A stretch of DNA of 64,000 nt, from the NCBI GenBank assembly GCA_017436815.1, contig JAFSCI010000038.1, positions 2,655 to 66,654 of the forward strand, written 5' to 3'. The notes below the pieces were generated by a model. That model had not been told where the DNA came from, did not search any database, and saw only the letters and a list, made by a program, of their open reading frames with translations. The number at the start of each line of letters is the position of its first letter. The first letter of the stretch is position 1. Shown piece by piece: positions 1 to 8,424 of this stretch. This stretch comes from Clostridia bacterium (GTDB lineage: Bacteria > Bacillota > Clostridia > Oscillospirales > Acutalibacteraceae). The position numbers were made by a program, and so were the translations under genes.

Positions 1-2
1 AG

Positions 3-428
3 ATGCTATACCCCATATTCCACGAAATCATCGTATCTGTGTTAAGAAAGAACTCCGGTGTTGTGCGTGATTGTGTTTCGGTAATAAAAAGCCTGCGTAA
101 CAGCAAAAACAGCATCACACAAAACGATGTTTTTGATGCTGTCACAGCTTATGACATAAACAGTAAAGCCGAAACCCGTATATGGCGGACGGTTATTGAC
201 AAGGTCATTGTTCACCAGGGGCATCTGCTTGAATTTCAAATGATGGATGGGAGTAAAATGGAGTACCGGATGATGGTAACCTCTCCGAGAATGAATAAGC
301 CTACAAAATGCGCCGAAGAGGATATCTACAACGATTATATCAGCGGTTACAGAACGGACTTCCTTGCACAGAAATACGGATTCAAACTTACAACCATCCG
401 ACGGATTATAAAAGATTACAGCAAATGA
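3..428 (+). CDS. 3' fragment (5' end outside window) of a large-serine-recombinase-like gene with a terminal HTH
   Basis: The ORF is open to the window edge. The segment IDKVIVHQGHLLEFQMMDGSKMEY resembles the C-terminal tail of the recombinase at 19938-21527 (VDHVTVYADECLEFHFMNGIDVEV). It ends with the HTH-like YGFKLTTIRRIIKDY and a hairpin terminator follows. Confidence 0.4.
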   Translation: MLYPIFHEIIVSVLRKNSGVVRDCVSVIKSLRNSKNSITQNDVFDAVTAYDINSKAETRIWRTVIDKVIVHQGHLLEFQMMDGSKMEYRMMVTSPRMNKPTKCAEEDIYNDYISGYRTDFLAQKYGFKLTTIRRIIKDYSK

Positions 429-432
429 GCAA

Positions 433-468
433 AACCGCACAGATTCCCCGTGCGGTTCTGCTTTTTTT
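433..468. terminator. Bidirectional hairpin terminator between convergent genes
   Basis: AACCGCAC (433-440) pairs with GTGCGGTT (450-457), followed by a T-run to 468. Confidence 0.6.
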
Positions 469-475
469 GATAGCT

Positions 476-757
476 TTAATCTTCGAAATTCAATCCCGTG
501 AGCGTTTCAAGCATCAACCTACCACCAAGGCGGAACCCATATGCGAAAATCTCGCGCTCGATAATACCGTACATTTCATTGACGCAATCATCGTATTTTG
601 CCAGGGTTTCTTTCTGCTCATCGGTGAGCGTATCGGAAAGATTGTCTCGATTTTTACCCATAAGGTTCAGGAGATTTTTGATTTCTCGATTGCCTTTGGT
701 ACTCTGCTCTTGTGGATTGACATTTCCGTACCAAAACTCCTCAAGTAACGTTCTCAT
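476..757 (-). CDS. Small conserved hypothetical protein of Firmicutes mobile elements (MRTLLEEFWYGNVNPQEQ... type)
   Basis: An AGGAGG lies 7 nt upstream of the ATG at 757. This internal Met is preferred over the ORF-track start at 778. Confidence 0.55.
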   Translation of the reverse strand: MRTLLEEFWYGNVNPQEQSTKGNREIKNLLNLMGKNRDNLSDTLTDEQKETLAKYDDCVNEMYGIIEREIFAYGFRLGGRLMLETLTGLNFED

Positions 758-873
758 AACCATCCTCCTTCCGCACATAACAAAACGACCGCATCTCCGA
801 GATCATTCCCGGTGATACGGTCGTTTCGTTTGATTTTTGATGTCTGTTTCGGTTTTGTTTTTATACGTGGCAT
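754..873 (-). CDS. 39-aa basic small ORF (MPRIKTKPKQTSKIKRNDRITGNDLGDAVVLLCAEGGWL), translationally coupled to the next gene
   Basis: Found by hand because it is below the ORF-track cutoff. GGAGGTG lies 7 nt upstream of the ATG at 873. Its TGA overlaps the ATG of the 476-757 gene (ATGA). Confidence 0.35.
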   Translation of the reverse strand: MPRIKTKPKQTSKIKRNDRITGNDLGDAVVLLCAEGGWL

Positions 874-899
874 AATGCTGCACCTCCTTGTAGCACAAC

Positions 900-928
900 A
901 CTATACCGTCATATTCCCGAAAAGTCCA
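900..928 (-). promoter_or_regulatory. Sigma-A-like promoter for the small-ORF operon
   Basis: On the minus strand, TGGACT (923-928) is followed by a 17-nt spacer and TATAGT (900-905), upstream of the RBS and ATG at 873. Confidence 0.45.
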
Positions 929-970
929 GTTGTTTTTCTATCTATCAATCAAAAACTTTGCAGTAAACTG

Positions 971-1024
971 ATAGTTACACTTTCAATAGTTACACTTTCA
1001 GCGGCTTGTAAAGTGGCACTTTAC
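971..1024. repeat. Tandem 15-bp direct repeat (ATAGTTACACTTTCA x2, 971-1000) plus a 17-bp palindrome GTAAAGTGGCACTTTAC (1008-1024)
   Basis: Read directly from the sequence. The CACTTT/AAAGTG core recurs 5 times between 978 and 1045. The repeats sit upstream of the promoter at 900-928. Confidence 0.75.
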
Positions 1025-1153
1025 ATACGGTCAAGGATGCAAAGTGCCGGGTGGGTGTTTGCATTGTTACCTTGCAATGTTGGCTTAGAGAACCTCCGAA
1101 GGATGTTCTTATGTTTTTTCTCCTTATAACACAACGCCACCATCACATTTTTG

Positions 1154-4129
1154 TTAGCTACAAATGAGTTTGAGCGGAATGTTATATGTTTCCAACAAGT
1201 AAGCAGCTGTTCCATTTAGTATCGAGGCCATATCTTCGCTAACAGTTGTTGAATCAACGCCTGGTTGAACAATATACATATTGAGTTTCACCTTATAGAA
1301 GCGAATCATGTTTCTCAGTTTCATCAAAGTTTGTGTGTCACCAACTTCAATGCGTGACCCTCTTTTCGATGAACGTTCTGTTTCCCGGTGGCACATACGA
1401 TCAATAATTCCTTTGTAATCCTGACACCACTTAACCGCTTTTTCGGCTTGACCACACACTTCATATAAATCGCTCACTCTTGCACCAGGCACATCTCCGT
1501 GTGAATATTTACAATGATATAGATCTATGGCAATCTCGTTGCTGTTTACTGAAATACAAACAACGTCTGCGATTTCACCAGGCCCATCATCATCGAAAAC
1601 GATATCATATCTACCTTGTTTTTTTAATGTATCGATCACTCGAAATTGTATACTATCCGTTTCTTTTGACAGCCCTTGTGATTCTTTGTGAATATCAATG
1701 TTTTCCCAATCCCAAACAACAATGTTTTCCTCATTGAAAGATGGCCTTATCTTGGGAATTTTTACTAATATATTTCCTTCAAGCAACGATTGATCGGTAA
1801 ACTTAATTGTAGGGTATTCTAAATTAAAGAATTCACATAAAGGTAACGATTGTCTTCCTTTTTTGATTGTTAAGTCAAATGGAGAAACAAGCATTACTAT
1901 CGCTTTTCCATCTATAAAATCCAGTTGGTAATTGACTGCAAATGATTCATTACCCACTGCGAATTCAATAGGGCCTTCTACCGAGTTGTTAGTTAATTTT
2001 AATTCCAACTCGTAAATATTATACTCAATACTATTGCGGACAATGAGGACACTATCATCATTAACCAAATCCAGTTCAATGGGCCATTCAATTAAATACG
2101 GGATAGAATCGGGGCGTTGTTGCACTAATTCAGGAATTAAAGCACCACTGAAAATTGTTGAGGTATCAATTGACGAGTCGTTTATTTTTTCTGCAACATC
2201 GTCACACCAGTTCATCCAAAAATCAATACTTTCAACCCACCGAGACCATATTCTGCCTTTGTAAGAACAGCCTATACTGGTTCTACCATTACCCTGATAT
2301 CCTACACCAAACAGATTGGATTTAATCGATGTTTCTTTTTGCGATTCGGTTATACCGTTACCTACATCAATACCGGCAAACATCTTATATCTTATAGGAC
2401 CATCCAAGGCTGATTTCAAGCCAACAGTACCCAGCATAAGCCTATTAATTCCATATAAGCACTTAAAAACATTCTCGCCTTTAACACGAGTTGCCGACGG
2501 AAACAATGCGCTGGCAATTTCATCAGAAACGCCTTTAACTGTACTATTTACAAATAACATCTTGGTTTCAGAGTTCCAATATAGCAAGTGCAGCTCCCAT
2601 GAAGTGTGTAGTAACCCTTTGTAAGATGTCCACTCTGCAACTTTTTCGCTTTTTTCAACTATAACGATAACATTTTTATCGTTATTGATCGTGAAATGAC
2701 ACTTGTCTGCATCAAACAAATCATATAATGAAGATAAATTCCAATTTCGTTCTTCTACATGATATGCCGTCATACTCACTTTGGGACGTAATTGTTGTAT
2801 TGTTATACCATCGAATAACGGTGTATCAAATCCTTCTGATAAATCTTGTAATACCAACTCTTTTGATATTTCTTTTGATGAAAGATCGTTAAGCATGGTA
2901 TTCCAATCAGCATCTTGGGAATACAGTTCCTTAAGAGATTCTGCAATATCATCGTTAGCGATATTAGTGATAAAAGTTGCCGTTCCTAATCCTTCGGCAG
3001 TGCGAGCAAATCTGCCTATAAACTGCAAGGTTATAGGAAGAGACTTATATTTATCATGCATTGCAGCTATTTTTAAATTGGGAATATCAATTCCTTCGCC
3101 AAACATATCTACGCATACAATTATTTTGGCGACTCCAGTTTTGACATCGTCCAATGATTTTTGATTGTCTTTTGGAGAGATATCACTATGTATTAACACT
3201 GGATTATATGCAGAAAAATATGCGTTATATATTTCATTATAAAGCCTATTAGCAGATCGCTTATCTTTTGCCCTAACAAGTATTAAATGAGAAAAACCAG
3301 CAGTTTTATCTTTTTCAAATTGTTCTACCGCTGCTGTTGCAATAGCTAAATCTCCTTGTTCTGGATCGAATTCCCATATGGGTTTAAAATCAATAGGTTG
3401 AAAATACCCTTGTTTTTGTGCTAACGAAAGAGGGAAATTGTAAATGATTTTCCCATCCATCTTTTTGCCGTCATTACGAAAAGGCGTTGCTGTAAACTGC
3501 AGACATTTCACTTCACGTAATTTGTATTTTACAGAAGTCCAGGATTTAGCCGCTATATGATGTGCTTCATCGACGATTACCGCATCAATTGCATTGTTCA
3601 GTATTGCGAAATACTCATCTTTAAAACCTTTTAGCAAAGACATTGTTGTAACAATAATATTTGAGTGTGATACAAAAAACTCCAAGTCCTCTTTGGTTTT
3701 TGGTGCCGAACGCAATAGTGTAACACCTGGGTACTGTGCCGCATCTTTTATAATGCCTATTTTCTGTAATATACCAAATGACAAAAATTTATTTGCTGTT
3801 TGTTGTCTAAGCAAATGACTTGGTACAATCACCAACGTGCGTTTCACCATTTCTGAAACAACAGTAGCAATCATTGTTTCGGTCTTTCCCGTTCCGGTAG
3901 GCATTACAACCGTTGCAGGATTATCCGACACAGTCCAATGCGATTTAATGGCACAAAGAGCACCAAATTGAGCAGGTCTAAGCCCTTTGGAATCCTCTTT
4001 GCTTTGCTTTATTGTAACAGCATCACACCAAGAAGTTACAACATCATCAACAGAAATAAACTCTTCAGATTCCGATATCTGGTATTGTTTTAACTCATTA
4101 TGGTCTATTTTTTTCTTTAATAATTTCAT
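1154..4129 (-). CDS. SF2 DEAH-box helicase (res-subunit-like) fused to an unrecognised middle region and a C-terminal PD-(D/E)xK/Mrr-like motif
   Basis: Helicase motifs: I MPTGTGKT, II VDEAHH, III FTATP, VI QFIGRFARTA. The C-terminus carries DDDGPGEIADVV...IDLYHCKYS. An RBS (GGAGAGGAG) lies upstream of the ATG at 4129. Confidence 0.8.
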   Translation of the reverse strand: MKLLKKKIDHNELKQYQISESEEFISVDDVVTSWCDAVTIKQSKEDSKGLRPAQFGALCAIKSHWTVSDNPATVVMPTGTGKTETMIATVVSEMVKRTLVIVPSHLLRQQTANKFLSFGILQKIGIIKDAAQYPGVTLLRSAPKTKEDLEFFVSHSNIIVTTMSLLKGFKDEYFAILNNAIDAVIVDEAHHIAAKSWTSVKYKLREVKCLQFTATPFRNDGKKMDGKIIYNFPLSLAQKQGYFQPIDFKPIWEFDPEQGDLAIATAAVEQFEKDKTAGFSHLILVRAKDKRSANRLYNEIYNAYFSAYNPVLIHSDISPKDNQKSLDDVKTGVAKIIVCVDMFGEGIDIPNLKIAAMHDKYKSLPITLQFIGRFARTAEGLGTATFITNIANDDIAESLKELYSQDADWNTMLNDLSSKEISKELVLQDLSEGFDTPLFDGITIQQLRPKVSMTAYHVEERNWNLSSLYDLFDADKCHFTINNDKNVIVIVEKSEKVAEWTSYKGLLHTSWELHLLYWNSETKMLFVNSTVKGVSDEIASALFPSATRVKGENVFKCLYGINRLMLGTVGLKSALDGPIRYKMFAGIDVGNGITESQKETSIKSNLFGVGYQGNGRTSIGCSYKGRIWSRWVESIDFWMNWCDDVAEKINDSSIDTSTIFSGALIPELVQQRPDSIPYLIEWPIELDLVNDDSVLIVRNSIEYNIYELELKLTNNSVEGPIEFAVGNESFAVNYQLDFIDGKAIVMLVSPFDLTIKKGRQSLPLCEFFNLEYPTIKFTDQSLLEGNILVKIPKIRPSFNEENIVVWDWENIDIHKESQGLSKETDSIQFRVIDTLKKQGRYDIVFDDDGPGEIADVVCISVNSNEIAIDLYHCKYSHGDVPGARVSDLYEVCGQAEKAVKWCQDYKGIIDRMCHRETERSSKRGSRIEVGDTQTLMKLRNMIRFYKVKLNMYIVQPGVDSTTVSEDMASILNGTAAYLLETYNIPLKLICS

Positions 4130-4177
4130 GACCGTTTCACTCCTCTCCTATGTGCTTTTGCTCGTTTTAATGATAAA

Positions 4178-4693
4178 CTATACTTTTCTTAGGTTTCGCG
4201 AAGGACCGCCAACATAAATACTTTTGGCGATTTGTTGTAAATCAAAATCATTATCAGAAACAATATTATCACAAGGGATATGTACATTAACGGTTTTTGA
4301 ATTGTTCTCCAAGCTGTCAAACATTGATGGATTAGCGATAAAATAATCTTGAATTGGTAAATAGTAAACTGTTTCATCTTCAACAGTAACAAAAAACAGA
4401 ACATATGCAATAGCACTGCTTAAGCCATAGTTGATTGTTTTTACATCTAAAGGAAACGAAAAAGCATTTTTATTTTTTAACTTTGTGGGGTTCTGAGTCC
4501 CCTTTATTTGTCCTTCAATCTTTTTATTAACAAATGCTTCGTTTTCAACCAATTCGACAGTACAATCAAGGCCATTGTCTTGACCCGTAATTTCATGGAA
4601 TTCCCATCTTACAGAGGGGAATTTATAGTGAACCAATTTTCTCGCTTCAGCACCAATCACACGAGCAGGTGAATCTTTAGGAAGTTTTGCCAT
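4178..4693 (-). CDS. DUF4365-like protein (predicted restriction-endonuclease fold)
   Basis: The pattern GQDNGLDCTVELVE...GQIKGT...YVLFFVTVEDETVYYLPI matches my recollection of the DUF4365 signature (D-G-x-D, E, Q-x-K, then a hydrophobic strand plus YW/YY). It is 171 aa. Confidence 0.6.
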   Translation of the reverse strand: MAKLPKDSPARVIGAEARKLVHYKFPSVRWEFHEITGQDNGLDCTVELVENEAFVNKKIEGQIKGTQNPTKLKNKNAFSFPLDVKTINYGLSSAIAYVLFFVTVEDETVYYLPIQDYFIANPSMFDSLENNSKTVNVHIPCDNIVSDNDFDLQQIAKSIYVGGPSRNLRKV

Positions 4694-4715
4694 ATATATT
4701 CCCTTTCTTATCTTG

Positions 4716-7454
4716 TTAGGACAATCTTTTGTTTGTCAATAGGAAGAAGTCCTTATTACTGTTTGCCGGGCGAATACGATTTAATATCCTATCGCAGACT
4801 TCAGGCGACCAGTAAATAGTCAAGGCTTTTCTTGCACGTGTAATAGCGGTGTAAAAAATATTGTGCGATATACGCTCTTCGGTTTCATCGGCTATTACTA
4901 TTTTTACAGAATCGAATTCCAAACCTTGTGATTTATGTATTGATACTGCATATGCAATTTGAAAAGGCACGATATGATAGTTGGTAGTTTCTTCGTTGTC
5001 ACTCGAATATGGTTTGCGTCTGTTTACGACAAATCCGACCTGTGTTTTTTTATTGTTTATGCTGATGAAATCCAAACCATCTTCAAACTCAACTTCGTCT
5101 TCTGTGAGCTCTATATCCACTTCCACAATGAAGTACGCTGATTCTCCTCGGTCATCAATATCAATAATACGACCTTTGAGGTTATTGTAAAGACAAGAGA
5201 AACGCTCGGAGTCATTAAATAGTATAGGGTCATCTTTTTTGAATTGCCAAACACCGATTGTTACCGCAGGTGCTGAGTTGCTAAGCTGTAGTAGTTTATT
5301 AATGTTGTTCAAACCATAAAGTCCGTTATAATTGAGACACAGAATTATTTCATCGTCACATTTTCTATCGAATATATCCTCATCGATTATGTGAGAATAA
5401 TCACTACGAACCATACGTTCCAACGCAACATTTACATCGGACATATTGCGAACTTCTTCCCACAGTTTTAACAGATATTTATCCGTACTTCTGTAGGGAG
5501 TAGTAAGCTCATGACAACACTGTTCCGGCAAGGTGTTTTTTACAATTGAAAACCAGTTGCCAAAACCGATAGCTTCAATTTGATAAGTATCACCCATTAA
5601 AACCAGTGCTGCATCACCAAGGCGATCTAAAATACCAAGAAGTTCATCGTTTTTAACAGTACTGCACTCATCCACAACCACTAAATCGTAATCAGTAAAT
5701 TCGTAGCGTGCTTTCCTGATGAATTGGTCAATGGTAGTAAATTCTGCTGTATCATTTTGATATTTTACTTTTCGACGAAGATTCTCTACGGCTGGGTGAG
5801 TTTTTGCGAGAAAAATACGCTGTTTATCCTGGAGAAGATGGCTTATATGATTAACAAGTGTTGACTTTCCGGTTCCGGCAGCACCATAAATACAATGCAC
5901 CCTTGAACGTGAAAACATATTTGTTAATATACCTTTTTTGATAGGATCGTCTAACTTTTCATCGTCCGGCAGACATTCAAGGGAGCAAACATCATCTTCT
6001 TCAAACGCAGCCGATAACGGAGATGCCTCAGCCGATAAATCATCCAGCGCATCAAGAATTTTGTTTATATCTTTTTCATATTGCTTCACATATAAATGGT
6101 TCTTGTAAACGCCAATTTCAGCGTTCGGCCTAAAGCCGGAGAATAAGCTGTTATTGTATTCTTCAACCAAAGACAATATTTCTTCGGGACTACCAAAGCC
6201 GGAAAGTTCTTCCAGCGGGGTAAACAATGAATTATTGCTATATGTGTTATTATCGATATATCTCTTTAAGAGCTCTGCCTTATGTTCTGCGGCATCAATG
6301 CATTGAAACAAGTCATATATGTTTGTAATATGCCCTTTGGGATTGAAAGAATATGGCTGCGTATCAAACGGCATACATTTTGAAGACATAGCATAATCCG
6401 CATATGTTTTTGGGTAGAATTTTGTTGGACGCTGATCCCTTATAATGACATTGTTCATACGATACAGCAAGTATCGTATGATGTTTTTACCAAAGGCATT
6501 TTTCCAAGAGATCTCTCTACACTTATCAAAAACATTTACTATGGAAGAAACGCTTCTCCCACCTAAGATTTCTTGTTTTACACGGGCATACTGAATCGTT
6601 GATAAATCAATAATATCTACCAAGGAATAGTGAGTTCTTGTTATTATATCCATCAAAGCTTTGTAATCGGCATTACCTCTGCTGACTTTAGAACTGATGC
6701 CAATAAGTTCTGCAAAATTTTCCATTTCACAGGGTCGAATAGATACGTGCCAATCAACAATAACTTTAATTGGATAGGCTGTGTTAAATACATTTATTCT
6801 TCTGTCAACAAAGCTCAGTGCAACAGAATAATTACTAAAAATGTCGTGATGAGTAAATGCGGTTATTCTCTGAAATTTATTAGAACGGTTTGTTGCAGGT
6901 TCTAATGTGACTTCGTAATAAATATCGTTGTTGATGTAGAAAGGTTTGATTTTATCGACGTAAAAATTATCAAAAGCGGTCCCCATAGTATCCCTAGGAA
7001 TTCTGTTAATACACTCGGCAACTTTCGAATAATACTCCTTGGTTTGCTCGTCGGTATCATCGATGAAACAACCTATATTTTTGAGAATAACCATTCTATA
7101 ACGGTCATAGACCGCCTTTTTTAATTGCAGAAGATACTTGTAGTACTTTAACAATAACCGCTCCGAACCATCCTCAGATGGAGTGAAATGCGAGACAGAT
7201 GCTCTTAAAAATTTGTCGAAGTGGGCAATGAAGCGATACTTGCCGTTCATTTTGCTTGCGACCTTATTTACATCCATAGGTTGATGCGGATTCAAGTCAC
7301 TCCACAGCTTGTCCGCAATATGGTCATTAAGGTTGCGGACGGCATTAAGAATTCTCTGTGCTGTCTCTCCGCGGTTTTGCTTTGTCATAACAGCGAAGGC
7401 CTTATCAATGGCATCGCTGGCTTTGTATATTTCTCTGTCAGTTAGCGAGTCCAT
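4716..7454 (-). CDS. SF1 helicase (RecD/Pif1-like AAA_30 + UvrD_C_2 core) with an unrecognised N-terminal region of about 520 aa
   Basis: Walker A is GAAGTGKST and Walker B is VVVDECS. Further motifs are LMGDTYQ, SIHKSQGLEFDSV and YTAITRARKAL. AGGAGG lies 7 nt upstream of the ATG at 7454, which is preferred over 7493. Confidence 0.8.
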   Translation of the reverse strand: MDSLTDREIYKASDAIDKAFAVMTKQNRGETAQRILNAVRNLNDHIADKLWSDLNPHQPMDVNKVASKMNGKYRFIAHFDKFLRASVSHFTPSEDGSERLLLKYYKYLLQLKKAVYDRYRMVILKNIGCFIDDTDEQTKEYYSKVAECINRIPRDTMGTAFDNFYVDKIKPFYINNDIYYEVTLEPATNRSNKFQRITAFTHHDIFSNYSVALSFVDRRINVFNTAYPIKVIVDWHVSIRPCEMENFAELIGISSKVSRGNADYKALMDIITRTHYSLVDIIDLSTIQYARVKQEILGGRSVSSIVNVFDKCREISWKNAFGKNIIRYLLYRMNNVIIRDQRPTKFYPKTYADYAMSSKCMPFDTQPYSFNPKGHITNIYDLFQCIDAAEHKAELLKRYIDNNTYSNNSLFTPLEELSGFGSPEEILSLVEEYNNSLFSGFRPNAEIGVYKNHLYVKQYEKDINKILDALDDLSAEASPLSAAFEEDDVCSLECLPDDEKLDDPIKKGILTNMFSRSRVHCIYGAAGTGKSTLVNHISHLLQDKQRIFLAKTHPAVENLRRKVKYQNDTAEFTTIDQFIRKARYEFTDYDLVVVDECSTVKNDELLGILDRLGDAALVLMGDTYQIEAIGFGNWFSIVKNTLPEQCCHELTTPYRSTDKYLLKLWEEVRNMSDVNVALERMVRSDYSHIIDEDIFDRKCDDEIILCLNYNGLYGLNNINKLLQLSNSAPAVTIGVWQFKKDDPILFNDSERFSCLYNNLKGRIIDIDDRGESAYFIVEVDIELTEDEVEFEDGLDFISINNKKTQVGFVVNRRKPYSSDNEETTNYHIVPFQIAYAVSIHKSQGLEFDSVKIVIADETEERISHNIFYTAITRARKALTIYWSPEVCDRILNRIRPANSNKDFFLLTNKRLS

Positions 7455-7476
7455 TGTAAGCCTCCTTTCGTTTTTG

Positions 7477-8424
7477 CTATAAAACTTTAACAATATTCTC
7501 TGCTATTCTTCTTATCACCGGAACAACCACACTGTTGCCGCATTGTTTATATGCGCTTGCCATAGGAATCTTTGGGAAACGATAGTCCTTGGGAAATCCT
7601 TGTAAAGCTAAACACTCATACGGCGTTATCTTACGAATACCAAAATCATCAAGAATAATTGGTATACGGTCAGGATAAGTTCCCATATTTGCTGTAAGCG
7701 TTGGACATACATAGTGCGCCTTGCGGGAAACACCGGAATCGTAAATCTTATACAGAGCCTTTTTATCGGTTACAATCCGGTATAGATCGTCATAGTAAAA
7801 GCTACTACTGTTGTAATAGTAACTGCTGTCATGTTTTAGGTTGCGAACTAAAATATCGTTGAGTTTAACAGTAAGCTCCTGCTTTTCCGGAAATTTGAAC
7901 TTTTCGCAAGCCATTTCGTCTTGAAAGGCAACAATGAAAATACGACTTCGATGCTGCGGAACATTTCCATATTCAATAGCATCCATCACCTGGTAGCGAA
8001 AACTATACCCTTGGGGAGCTAATGCGTTATAAACCGTCAAAAATGATTTTCCATCATCGTGCTCCAACAAATTCGCTACATTTTCAAGGAAAATTACTTT
8101 CGGCTTTTTGGCTTCAGCAATACGGGCAATTTCAAAAAACAGATTGCCGCGCGGATCATTAAAGCCCTTTCTGAAACCCATTATCGAAAACGGCTGGCAC
8201 GGAAACCCCGCAACTAATATATCAAAGTCAGGGATTTCCAATACATTAACTTTTCGAATATCCTTTTCAACTAAATGTTCACCGCCAAAATTATGGCGAT
8301 ATGTAGTAGCGGCATCTTTATCAAATTCATTTGCCCATACGATATCAAACCCGGCTTGTTGAAAACCGAGATCAATACCGCCTATGCCACTAAACAGACT
8401 GCAAACTTTCATAGCATTCATCAT
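7477..8424 (-). CDS. DNA (cytosine-5)-methyltransferase (third in the operon)
   Basis: Motifs: I FSGIGG, IV GFPCQPFS, VI ENV, VIII QHRSRIF, X GNSVVVPV. The start is ambiguous (8424, 8421 or 8412) with no clear SD sequence. Its 5' end overlaps the 3' end of the McrC-like gene. Confidence 0.9.
   Translation of the reverse strand: MMNAMKVCSLFSGIGGIDLGFQQAGFDIVWANEFDKDAATTYRHNFGGEHLVEKDIRKVNVLEIPDFDILVAGFPCQPFSIMGFRKGFNDPRGNLFFEIARIAEAKKPKVIFLENVANLLEHDDGKSFLTVYNALAPQGYSFRYQVMDAIEYGNVPQHRSRIFIVAFQDEMACEKFKFPEKQELTVKLNDILVRNLKHDSSYYYNSSSFYYDDLYRIVTDKKALYKIYDSGVSRKAHYVCPTLTANMGTYPDRIPIILDDFGIRKITPYECLALQGFPKDYRFPKIPMASAYKQCGNSVVVPVIRRIAENIVKVL

Noticed and set aside
812-1129. A plus-strand 105-aa ORF.
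   Set aside because: It has no RBS and a hydrophobic, low-complexity translation. It overlaps the better-supported minus-strand small ORF, promoter and repeat cluster.
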